Position numbers and translations under genes: made by a program
Assembly (NCBI RefSeq): GCF_963921235.1
Contig: NC_086097.1
Span: 209,748,001 to 209,812,000, forward strand
Origin: Mobula hypostoma
Lineage: Eukaryota
Length of the DNA stretch: 64,000 nucleotides
Direction: 5' to 3'
The notes under the pieces: model-generated
The model's input: the letters and a program-made list of their open reading frames with translations, nothing else
What the model was told of the DNA's origin: nothing
The model's database searches: none
In this document: positions 25,041 through 36,582 of the stretch, piece by piece
Numbering within the stretch: the stretch's first letter is position 1
Layout of the letters: every line of letters starts with the position of its first letter

Positions 25041-26506
25041 TGTCACGGTCCAGTCCGTGACGTCCATGTACCGGTTCACGGTCCGGTCCATGGTTCCTTG
25101 TTCCGGGGTTTCTGATTTTCCCCAGTTTCTGTTGTCGGCACATGATTCTCGTTTTGGAGCTGAGACATAAATACCTCTGCAAACCAGGGATTCCGTGCTG
25201 GACTGTTCTGTTCCCCTCCTTGTCTTTCCCCCATCACCTGACTCTGCCTGGGTACCTCGCCTGACTCTCTGCCTGCTCACCTAGCCTGGATACCCCGCCT
25301 GTATCGCTGAAGTTTTACCACTGGAGCAAGACCGGAGCCTTGTTAGGTCAAGATAAGGAACTGTCTTTTGTTGTGTGGAATTGTCTCTCTGTGTCCATGC
25401 CTTCACTAGGTAGGTCCGGCCGTTTGCCGCTACCTAGTATTGGGAACTGTCTCTGTGTCCTCGCCTTTGCTAGGTGGGTCTGGCCATTTGCCGCCACCTT
25501 GTGTTGGGATCTGTCTCTTCATGTTCAGCATTCTGTGTGTGAGTCCCGGCCCTATGTCCTGTTCCCAAGGGGGGGTCCCAGCTCTGTGTTATGTGTATGA
25601 CTCCTGGCTCTACGTCTTGTTCCCAAGGAGGGGTCCCGGCTCTGTGTTCTGTTCTCCTGTCACTTCTAGTCCAAGGCTCCATGCTCCTGAAGGCCCTCGT
25701 CCAGTCCGTGTCTAGTCCAGTCCTATCCGAGTCCTGCCATGTGCCTTTACCTGTCCTTGTATCTCGCGCTACCCAGAAGTTCATCAGCCAAGCCATGTCC
25801 AGTGCTGTAGCCTTGTCTTGTCCTTGCCTAGTTCTGGAGACCGAGCCTGAGTCAAGTCCCAGGTTCTGGGTCCTTGCCCAGTCTCTGGCTCGGAGTCCAT
25901 ACATACTCAAGCCTCGAAGTACCCTAGATTCAAGACGAAGACCCCAAGCCTGTCTCCAAGCAAGCCTCAAGACCCCAAGCCTGTCTCCAAGCCACAAGCC
26001 TCAGGACCCCAAGCCTGTTTCCAAGCCTCAAGCCTCAAGACCCCAAGCCTGTCTCCAAGCCTCAAGCCTCAAGACCCCAAACCTGCCTCCAAGCCTCAAG
26101 CCTCAGGACCCCAAGCCTGCCTCCAAGCCTCAAGACCCCAAGCCTGCCTCCAAGCCGCAAGCCTCAAGACCACAGCCTGTCTCCAAGCTCAAGCCTGAAG
26201 ACCCCAGCCTCCATTCTGGTAGCCATGTCATGTCCTTGCCTAGTTCTGGGGTCCGAGCCCGAGGCAAGACCCAGGTTCTGCGTCCTCGTCCAGTCTCTGG
26301 CTCGGAGTCCAAGCACAGGCTCCAAGTCCATGGTTCCTAATCCTGGTCCTGCTTTCCCATGCCCAGGCTCCTAGTTCATAGTTCCTTGTCCGGGTTCCCG
26401 GTTTCTTGTCCTTGTCGTAGCCCAGGTCCTGCATCCTTGTCCTGTTCCTAGTACTTCAGTGTTTGTGTCTTGCATTTGGGTCCGATCCCAGCACCACATT
26501 GCGACA
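25041..26506 (+). mobile_element. Solo LTR (Gypsy-like), about 1.47 kb
   Basis: TGTCAC...GCGACA termini; 5-bp flanks TTTGG/TTTAG; cleanly splits the CR1 sequence; TATA-like CATAAATA near 25166. No internal gag/pol. Confidence 0.75.
25935..26210. repeat. Minisatellite inside the LTR, built from CAAGCCT / CAAGACCC / GCCTGTCTC modules
   Basis: Directly visible compound tandem array. Confidence 0.9.
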
Positions 26507-28957
26507 TTTAGTTGGCTTTTAAAAGCTTCACCATCCACTAACATCCCACTAATTTTTGCTATATTATATGCCCTATCTTTTCCTTTTAAGCTTTGACTTC
26601 CTTTGTCAGCCATGGTTGCCTCATCCTCCATTTAGAATACTGCTTCATCTTTGGGGTGTATCTATCCTGCACATTCCAAGTTGCCCCCAGAAACACCAGC
26701 CTTTGCTGTTCTGCCGTCAGCCTTGCTTGTGTCCCCTTCCAATCAATTTTGGCAGCTCCTCTCTCATGCCTCTGTAATTCCTTTTACTCCACTGTAATAC
26801 AGTACTGTTATATGATTATAGCAGATATTAATTCAAGCAAGAACCAGTCATCAATTCCTAATGTAAATTGCAAGCAGTAAATTGAGCATCTTTACAAATA
26901 AATGATACTGTCTGTGTAACACAGACTGGCCCACATAAAGAGATATGCTTTGCAAAATGGTGACCATAAGACAGGTTTGCATATGCATCCACCAAATGTT
27001 AAGACAATGGGATTGTGTTAATTGGCCTGCATCAACCCAGCCAACTATTTGTTTAAGTAATTCGCAACATTGTAAACAAGTTCAAGGCAGTTGCAGACCA
27101 GACCGATACTATCACTTAGCACATAAAATAGTTCAATAGTTGGGAGATCTGAGTGTAGAGAGTCAGCTCTCACAAACACTAATTTTGGGTGTCTACTTCT
27201 CTGTCCTCAGAAGTATTTAGAATACCTCTGTCAGTTAGTTTATCCAAGCAAAACTTTTTGAACATTCAGAGGTGTCTCCCACTGTAGATATGTAATCCAA
27301 AGGAAGCACTGTCAAGCCAACATATTGAAGTAAGCAATGCCATTGCAACAATTGAAACGGTATTGAATCACCTACTGTTACCTTTGATCTTAAGGGTATA
27401 AAAATCTGATATAGAGTATGTGAGACTCTACCAAGAGGGTCTCCAGGAGATGAGTGAAGTCGAGCTTCAGTGTCTCTCTGGTGAGTTTGATCACAGTCAC
27501 AACATTGGATAAAATATTTACCCTATATTTCTGCCTATTGATTTCATTCAGGCTACTCTCCAAGCTCCTGTGGTAAGCTGTCCTGCAAGGGCTTTAACAC
27601 AACCCATGTGGGTTTCTATAAGAAGAGGCAGTTAGCTAGGAGGTACTTTGTATCTCTGTGCACAAAAATTCTGGGGTGACATTTATGCTGATGATTGAAT
27701 GCAGCTTCATCTCAGTAAGTGTCTAGGAGGATCAGTATTGGACACAGCTGTAATCCAATGAAATGGGTTCTGTCATAACAGGATAGTTACTCATTAGGTA
27801 AATGCAGTGCTTAGCCTTAGGGAAGACAAACGCCCTTGGTCGTTTATGTTAGTTTTTTACACTATGTTCCCCCAACTTGATCTTCGCATCTATTTTTCAA
27901 AGAAGCTTATGAAATACAAATGATTGTCATGTGTAGATAGGACAGAGCTAGATTATCTTGTAAAAAATGAGATTGTGGTGAACTTCTGTGATTTTTAGGT
28001 GAAACTCTCTGATGATGGGCTTTGTTGGATTAGATTCCAGCCTCTATTTTTAGAACTTCTCTGCCTTTACTGACAAGTTGGATGTCAGCATGCCTTCAAT
28101 CTCTTTGAAGTCTTGCCTGTATGATTAGTGCCAGGTCATCGGCATAATCCAAATTTTCTAGGAAAGCCAAGAGGCATTTTTCTTATTAAGAATTTCAGGA
28201 GAGTTGGAGCAAGAACATTTCCCTGCAGGATACTTATTTATAGCCCCTGGTCACACTCTTTCTCAGACCTTGAAAGGCAGCTGTTGATTACTGAGAAACG
28301 CCCACAAAAGGCAGAGCAGGCGGCGCACAGGAGAAAGTGGTGGAAGACAGTTTTAGCAACATCTTTTGCCACAGTATTGCATCCTTCAGACAGGTTAATG
28401 AACCTGTCTCTGATCTTAGTTACACTAGAAACTAGTTTCTGGTTTTAGTGAGGACAAGCACATGGTAACAGCACCCTCGATGTGGCATAAAACCTGCTTG
28501 TTCTGGGGCAATGGACATATTCGTAATCAGGTTAATATGGAGGATCAGCACATCCTATGGTCTCTGGGTTTAATGATAATAATGCTTTTTACTCACTTAT
28601 TTTAAAAGGATTGGGGAAACACAGCTACCTTGCTATGACCTTCCAAAATGATCGTAATTTTTCAGCCTATTACTTTTGGAGAATAATTTTCTGGTGAATC
28701 ATCCTGTCTGCTTGGAACTTACATTGAAACTTCATATACAACTATAATAATCAAGCAATAAATTTGTCTGAAATTCTAAGGCTTTCAATTGGCAGCAGAA
28801 CATTTGAAGACTACTCCTTTAATAGAAGGTTGAAGTTATCTTCTAATTTAAAATTAGATTTGATAATTATGAAATATCCTACAGCAGAGCAATGTGCTTT
28901 AGTTACTAACCTGTCACCCTACAGTATTAAGTGGCACCAGTAATAATCAAAGTGCAA

Positions 28958-29177
28958 AGACAAGAAAATCTGCAAATGCTGGAAATCCAAGCAACACACA
29001 AACTGCTGGTGGAACTCAACAGGCCAGGCAGCATCTATGGAAAAGAGTAAACAGTCAATCTTTCAGGCTGAGACCCTTCATCAGAACTGGGGGCCTCGGC
29101 CCGAAATGTTGACTGTTTATTCTTTTCCATAGATGCTGTCTGGCCTGCTGAGTTCCTCCAGCATTTAGTGTGTGTTG
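28958..29177. mobile_element. Fold-back (inverted) Penelope terminal-repeat insertion
   Basis: Arms about 28992-29072 and 29095-29177 are imperfect reverse complements. Minus-strand hammerhead motif at 29052-29089. Confidence 0.8.
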
Positions 29178-29247
29178 GTTGTATTAAAACAGCCTGCTGG
29201 ATATCCAGTCTTTCTTATCACAGGAACACCAGGTTTGGATTGTAGTA

Positions 29248-30829
29248 CAGGTGTCCCCCTGCTTTTCGAACGTTGGCTTTATGAAACCGCACCGTTACAA
29301 AAGACCTACATTAGTACCCTATTTTTGCTTTCAGAAGGTGTTTTCACTGTTACGAAAAAAAAATCAGCGCAATAAAAAATCAGCGCGCGATAAAAGGCAG
29401 CGCGCCCCGAGCAGCCGCTCTCCCCCGGATTCTCGCTGGCATTGCTTAAACACGAGCCTGTGAGCAGCCGTTTGCAAGATGAGTTCTATGGTATCAGAAA
29501 AGCCTGAAAGAGCTCGTAAGGGTGTTACACTTACGTTAAAACTAGACATAATTAAGCATTTTGATCGTGGTGAATGAAGTAAGGACAACGTGAGTTTGGC
29601 TTGTGGAAATTGACGAAGATGATGTTGAAGAGGTTTTGGCATCCCATCACCAAGAACTGACAGATGAAGAGCTGATGCAATTGGAAGAAAAAAGGATAAC
29701 AATTGTAACTGAATGAGTAATGATAAAATACGACTTTAATTTTGAAAGGGTACGTCGGTTTAGGGGATATTTGCAGGATGGATGGAGTCCTTATTAAAGA
29801 ACTGTGTGATAGAAAAATACGCGAGGTTTAACAGTCAAGCAAGCCTTCCACATCAGCCATAGCAGATGACGAACCTCGACCCTCGACCCTCGACATCAAG
29901 GCAGGCAGTCATAGGAGAAGATGAGCTGCCTGCTGTAATGGAAAGAGACGACGAGATGACACCCCAGTGTCCCACCACCCCAACCCCCAGGCCGCGGACA
30001 GATACCGATTCGCGGAGAATGCAAAGGTAGCCGGGAGGCACACAGCACATCTTTAAGAAAAAAGCCGAAATAAACATGCTAATTCATTAGGTGCCGCCGA
30101 CACGTAATTGTCGGCCCAGATCAAAAACGACGCAATCGGAAATCGGCACTGATCTGGGCCGACAATTACGGGTGGCACCTAATTAATTAGCTTGTTTGTT
30201 TCAGCTTTTTTCTTAAAGATGTGGTGTATACCTCCCGGTTACTGCTGGACCCCTGCGTTCTTCGCGGCAATGTATTGCTCAGTGGCCTGGAGGGTGGGGG
30301 GCCACTGCACAACCCAAACTCCAACGACTCAGTCTAACACACCATCATCAGTGTGCTCGGCGCTGATCCAATTCTCGTAAGTGATACTACACTGTACATA
30401 CATTATTTCTACTTTATATCGGCTGTGTATTTTTACGTGTTATTTGGTATGATTTGGCAGCTTCATAGCTTAAAGGTTACTGGAGAGCGCTTGCGCGTTT
30501 TTGCCAACAGCGCTTGCGTGAGATTTTCTGCCGATGGCGCTTGCGTGAGATTTTTGCTCCGAAGAACGGTTCAGTAATGATTGTGGAAAAGTATTTCTAC
30601 TTTATATAGGCTGTGTATTTATCATATCATTCCTGCTCTTACTATATATTACTGTTATTTCAGGTTTTATGTGTTATTTGGCATGATTTGGTAGGTTATT
30701 TTTGGGTCTACGAACGCTCACAAAATTTTCCCATATAAATAAATGGTAATTGCTTCTTCGCTTTACGACACTTCGGCTTACGAACCATTTCATAGGAATG
30801 CTCTACCTTCGGATGGCGGGGGAACCCTG
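29248..30829 (+). mobile_element. Internally deleted Tigger/pogo DNA transposon
   Basis: TA|CAGGTGTCCCCC..GGGGGAACCCTG|TA. Remnants translate from 29479 to MSSMVSEKPERARKGVTLTLKLDIIKHFDRGE (CENP-B-type HTH start) and later EDDVEEVLASHHQELTDEELMQLEE (Tigger-like acidic C-terminal part). The DDE core is missing. Confidence 0.85.
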
Positions 30830-30879
30830 TACTGAGATATGGTGATCTAGTACAGTAATCATTTTGTTAGAATATTAAG

Positions 30880-31490
30880 TCCAACACAAACTAGAGGAAC
30901 AACATCTCATACTCCACCTGAGTCTACAGCTCAGTGGAATAAATATTAGATTTTCCAATTTCAGACACTGTATCCTTTTCCTGCTGTGTGCTCCCCCAAC
31001 ACTTGACTCTCTCCTTCTGATACGCCTCCAGTTCTACTATTTTTATCCCTTTCCTCCTCCCAACCCTATAGTTGCATTATCCACTACCCACACATTTCAT
31101 CTACTGGTATCCTTCCTCTCCTATCCGGTTCTGGTTCCACCTGCCTTACTCTTCTCCCCTAATGGTTCCCGTTATCATCTTGCTCACTTACCAGATTCTA
31201 GCACTGGTGGTCTCTGTGTTTCCGCTTAACAGCCTCCGGCTTTCACTCTTCCTCCCCCACCTGGCTCACTCTGACTATCTACTGGCCCGTGCCTCACCCC
31301 TCACCCTCTCCTCTTTATTTTGACTGTTCTCTCTCACCACTCTTAGTCCTAATGCAAGATTTCTTCCTCCCTCTCCCCTGTCATTCCCCTGCCCAGATGC
31401 CACCTAACCTGGTGAGCGCTGAGTTCCTCAGATAGGTTGTTTGTTGCTCCATTTTCCAGAATCTGCAGGCCCTTGTGTCTCATTTCTAAG
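30880..31490 (+). mobile_element. Old Penelope-like 3' fragment
   Basis: CTAGAGGAACAACATCTCATA (LEEQHLI motif), pyrimidine tract, decayed terminal repeat. Confidence 0.65.
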
Positions 31491-31538
31491 TATAATTTGA
31501 TCATGGTGAAGCTGAACTTCGCAGTAAAATGAATGTTT

Positions 31539-32405
31539 TGTTATGTAACCGGCAACAATGAATATTAATCGAGACAGGTTATATAAAAACAACCAAACAT
31601 TTTTTAAACACGTATAAATGATAAGGGACAAAAAGCAAAGGAAAACTTTAACCGGAGGTTAACAGGTACACAGCCGTTCACCAACTCGCCACTTGGCACT
31701 GGTTCTTAAAGTGTTAAAATGCGAAAACAGTTCTTAAAGTGATAGAGTCAGATACAGTTCTTAAAGCGATAACTTCAAAACTCCAACAGTTTTACACATT
31801 CAATTAGGAGAGACTTCTGTGGAGAAAGATTTCTTCACAGATGCACCTTTACTGCTGGTTCTGTCCACAGGATTCCTGATGCCGAAAATAAACAGTTTAA
31901 ATCGACTGACCTTAAATTCCTTTAGCGAGAGAGCACTTTTTTGCATGAACTCATTGCCCTTTTGCAGGAGTTATCTCGATGCAGGTTCTCTCCAACGAAG
32001 ACTCAATAAGGTCGATTCTTTATTAAACTGCCAAACGATGCCGACTTCTCTCGATCCTTCACTTCGATGAATTCTTCACTCTCCCTTCAAAACTGTCGGA
32101 ATTGAGTAAATTGACACTTCCAGCCACAAATTTCCAATTCAATAATACAATATCTTATAAGAGAATGCACCTTCCATTTTAAAAATTAAACTGCGTCACA
32201 AGAACAAACACGCAGCAGAAACGGAGGCACAACACGTTCTACCTGGAAATCTACAAACTCAAAAACTAACTGCGTCACCCTTATATAGACACGGGGCACA
32301 TGTCATCACGTGACCTCACATCGGCGGGAAAATCACATCAGGTGACCTCCAAAAGACCATTACATCATCCTCACAAAAAAAACTGATCTCCTTGAGAATG
32401 TAACA
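31539..32405 (-). mobile_element. Solo LTR, 867 bp, 4-bp TSD
   Basis: GTTT|TGTTAT...GTAACA|GTTT. CTATATAA on the minus strand at 32281-32288, with TCACGTGA and repeated GTGACCTC motifs upstream of it. Confidence 0.75.
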
Positions 32406-32754
32406 GTTTAAATTAATGTTTTATTTGGAACAAAATTTCTCTCAATGGGAAAACATATATAAAAAGCTAACCTTCCATTGTGTGACAAGGAATAACAAAG
32501 CACAAATCACAGTATCAGGTCAGATTCTGGTTCTGCATTGTGATTCTCCAGTGTATTCTAAAGAGATTTTTAATGCAGCTGCTGGAAAGTTTCGTCTATA
32601 CTTGAGAGAGAAAGGAACAAAAGGACATGTCGAGGGGTTTAGATGAAGAGTGGGAGGATATCTGTGTCGAGGTTGGCTGACAATGTTATTCAGGAAACAA
32701 TGTGGAAAATTTTGTAGGAGTCTAAAAAAGATGAGAGTTAATTAGTGGCAATAG

Positions 32755-32988
32755 GTACGTTTTCCCTGTGGCAGTGTGGGTATTCTCTGGGTGTTCTGGT
32801 TTCGTCACACATTCCATGGTTGTACAGCTTAGGGTTGGTAAGCTGTGGGCACTCTGTGTTGGTGCTGGAAGAGTGCTGACACCTGCGGGCTGCCCAGTGC
32901 GGCGCTCACTCATTTGATTCAATGCAAATGACGCATTTCACTGTATGTTTCGATGTACATGTGACAAGTAAAGCTAATCTCTAATCTT
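32755..32988 (+). mobile_element. V-SINE-like fragment
   Basis: V-core GTGGGTATTCTCTGGGTGTTCTGGTTTC; short TAATCT-repeat tail. Confidence 0.55.
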
Positions 32989-33294
32989 TCTTTAAATAGG
33001 TGAGTAAAAATACTACATAGTTATAAATTAACAATACTTTTAACAGAGAATCAAGTTATGCCTAATTAAATGATGTTAGTACTGGAGAGTGGATTATGAT
33101 TCCGCTTTTGTAACCTAACAGCACCAATGAGCAGACTAAGGGCCATTCTTAACACTAGCTCTTAAAAACAGTAAAGTGCTCTTTTAAAGCCCTCCAACTT
33201 AACCTTAAATGACAATGATGCTGGACGGAGTGCAATTTAACCATGGACTTTGGAAATGAGTATGAATTTAAAATATTGTGCATGTTTGTGTTAT

Positions 33295-33482
33295 GTAAGT
33301 CCATGGGTATATTGAAAGCAGAAGTTGATAGTTTCCTGATTTGTCAGGGTATCAAAGGATATGGTGAGAAGACAGGTGTATGGGGGTTGAGTGGGATCCA
33401 GGATCAACCATGATGGAATGGTGGAGCAGTCTCGATGGGCTGAATGGCCTAATTCTGCTCCTATATCTTATGGTCTTATGAT
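33295..33482 (+). mobile_element. CR1 3' end
   Basis: GATGGGCTGAATGGCCTAATTCTGCTCCTATATCTTATGGTCTTATG terminus. Confidence 0.8.
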
Positions 33483-33844
33483 ATGACTGGCCAAACGTAC
33501 ATTATACATGGTGAATTTTCAATGGTGACGTTCTTGCATCACAACTTAACACAAATCAGTGATTCAGGTGCTGAGGATAGCACTAAGTTTTATCCAGGCC
33601 TAAGCATGAACCACCTCGTAATTATTCCCTTTGTTCACATTACTTTGATGAAGATTAATAATCAAAAAAGTTATAAATAATTCAAGCATAATTTTCAAAT
33701 GACCATACTGGTGAGCTTTAGATCTATAGATCAGAGTTTGCACATGATCTTAACACATTGTCACTTAACCTTTCCATGCAAGGAAACTTATATTTTGCAA
33801 ATCATCTCAAAGACTAAACCAATTAGAACTCTTCGTTAGGAAGT

Positions 33845-34090
33845 ATAAGCAGAAATCTTGGAAACATTCAGCAGGTCAGGCAATTTCTGTAGTACTTTCA
33901 CCCTAGGTCATTGACCTGAAACCTTGACTTAGTTTTTTGCTCCACACATGCTGGCTGATCTGGTGAGTATACTCAGACATTCCCATTTATTTTAAAATTT
34001 AAGACAAAGTAACTCTGGTCATTTTTTTTCCAGATGCTCTCTGAAAATTTTCTGTTTCTATTTCAGATTTCCAGCATCTGCAGAATTTTT
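33845..34090. mobile_element. Old Penelope terminal-repeat relics (inverted and tandem)
   Basis: CAGCAGGTCAGGCA.. opposed to ..GGTCATTGACCTGAAAC..GCTGGCTGATCTGGTGAG, then TTCAGATTTCCAGCATCTGCAG. Confidence 0.55.
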
Positions 34091-34832
34091 TATTGTCATT
34101 TCTTATTTTTGACTTAGTTAGGAATTGTTAATTAGTAATTAAATTATTAACATATTTCAGGATTTTCCAGAATTATTGACAGTTTAAGTCAGTGGAGGAT
34201 GTTTGTTTCAGGAAAATATAAAGTCAGTCAGTGTGGGATAAAAGTGAACAAAATCAAATCAATGCACTGTTAATCTGAGCCAGTTGCATTGCAGAATTCC
34301 AGGGCACAACTGATAGTTAACCAAACTGACCTATGACTGGAGATGAGATTTTCCATCACATGGAACCAGTGAGGTGGCTCTGGAAGAGGTTGTCCTCACG
34401 TCCCTCCTGACCCAGGCCATGAAGCTAATTATGGTGGCCATCTCTCACCAGCTCAAAATGGACAAAATTATACGGACTAAACCACAAAAAAATTAGATTG
34501 GCCATGGTCTCCCACTCAGCCTTGGTATTGCTGGGATAGGGGAAATGTGAGGGAGTGGTCTTTCATTCAAAGGTAATCTGTAACTTAGTTTCCACATGGA
34601 TGCCAAGGTGACTCAGTTATTCAGTCTGAAGCTTTATGACCTTAAGAGTAATGCACTTCAGTTTGAAGTGGCCCCTAATTAATGAACATTGTGGTCCCAT
34701 TGAAATCTTGGTTCAAATCTGGTTCCCCACTCCACTCTCCACATGAAGTGCTTCAAGCCCCCAGTTAACGCAGTCTCACAGTGGCAATCCTGACCTAATT
34801 CCAACCACAGTGACAATGGAAAACTCCTAGTC

Positions 34833-35145
34833 AGAGATACAGCACAGAAACAGGTCTTCAACCCACCAAGTCCACAAATCCTACATTAATCTGATCTTCT
34901 ACCCACCCCACACTTCCATCAACTCCCCCCAGGTTCTCTCACTCACCTATAGACCAGGGGCAATTTACAGCATCCAATTAACCTACTAACCCTTACTTTG
35001 TTGGAATGTGGGAGCAAACTGGAGCACTTGAAAGAAACCCAGTCACGGGAGCATGTGCAAACTCTATGCAGAGTGCACCGAGGTCAGAACTGAACCTGAG
35101 TCTCCATTGCTGTGAGGCAGCAGTTTTATTAGCTGCCACTGTCTT
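34833..35145 (-). mobile_element. V-SINE/HE1-like SINE
   Basis: GAATGTGGGAGCAAACTGGAGCAC..GAAACCCAGTCACGGGAGCATGTGCAAACTC core; CR1-like tail at the left end. Confidence 0.65.
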
Positions 35146-36582
35146 ATCACCTTCACCAGTGGCCCACTGCACTAATGAACCAAGGTAACCTCCAAGGCCT
35201 TCTTTACCTCCCAGCCACAAACATGCTGAGGCTCCTGAGCCTGGCCTGACAAGAGGAGACTGAATGATTTATTTACAAAGAGTGTACAATAACAAGTTGG
35301 TTGGTACCATGACTTTAGGTGTTAGACAGAAGAGATACTCACAATTCCACCATATTAATGCCATTTTCAGCCTACACTGTATGGCACTCTGGAGTGTATA
35401 AGCAAGTTGCCTGCTAGTGAGCCTCTGTGGAAATTAACTAGCAGGGAATCTCTAACCAGGATCTGCTTGATGGGCAGTGCGTACAAGTGCCAAGTTATAG
35501 GCATTTGTACACCTTGCTCATCAAGCAGATTTGAAATCTGAGGATCATTGTTCCAATTTCGATGGTGTGTACAAATAAAGAACATGAAAATGTGAATGAA
35601 TACACCACATAGTCTCTTGTGCACACTTCCCTATTCATTAAGATGCTAGCTGATATTCTCCTCTCCTAACTACATATTCCTTGATTTCCTTAGCATCCAA
35701 ATATTTGAATGTCTTGAACATTCTCTGCAATTGAGCCTCTAGAGCCTTCCTGGATAGAAAATTCTAAAGAAGCACTACCCTTTGGATGAAGAAGCCTCTT
35801 TTCCTGTCAGTCTTGAGACTCTCTCTTGGTTCTATATCCAAAGTTCAAAATACATTTATTATCAAAGTACATATAAATTATACAACCTTGCGATTCATCT
35901 GCTTAAGGGCAGCCACAAAGCAAGAAACCCAAAAGAAAGAAATTTTTTAAAAAAGGCCAACACCCAATGCGCAAAAAGAGAGAAAAAAAACAAATCATGC
36001 AAGCATCAGCATGGGAACGAAATTAAGTCCAGAAACCTGAAGCCCATAAACAGCCAAAGCAGGTCCATAACCTCAGTCTCAGTTTATCACACAGTGGGAC
36101 AAATCACCAAGAGGCTCGCAGACACTAAGCCCGGAACAGCTGGAGCATAACACAGCCCCAGCCTCAGTGCCGAGGAGAGTGGAGCCAAACCGGCCCCAAC
36201 CCTTACCTCCAGTTCCAACACCCTGCCTGTCCATCTGATCCGGCTTTTAAATTATCCAAACACCGGGTTGTCCCCTGCACTAGCACCACAACGATATGCC
36301 CTGGGCTCCTGGACCCTGCATTCCGGCCCATAGTCATTTCCAGATCAACCCAGCACTTAGATGGCTACAGCCGCACTCCCGGTTCAGGCGTTTGGGCTCT
36401 GAAACAACTCCGCTCCATTCTCGCCAACACCGACTTCACCTCAGCCTCATTCCAGCCATCGACTGCACTCCAACTTCATCCCACACCAGCACACCTCGAC
36501 CCTCAGATCAGCCTCGCCTTCACTTGCCTCTTCATTGTGGTGATTGTTTACCCCAATTTTCCACATAAGAGTGTTATTAATA

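Larger units (their letters stand above)
24035..26800 (-). mobile_element. Internally deleted CR1 LINE interrupted by a solo LTR
   Basis: CR1 3' end at about 24035; ORF 24385..24645 (ANITPFFKKGGRQK..QSWHGFLK); pre-RT sequence resumes at 26512. Confidence 0.8.

Noticed and set aside
25935..26210. Repeat array superficially like a CRISPR
   Set aside because: No unique spacers, no cas genes, eukaryotic context.
25591..26340. 249-aa Pro/Ser/Lys-rich ORF and antisense ORFs 25470..25997 etc.
   Set aside because: Product of a stop-poor minisatellite within a solo LTR; no domain and no splice context.
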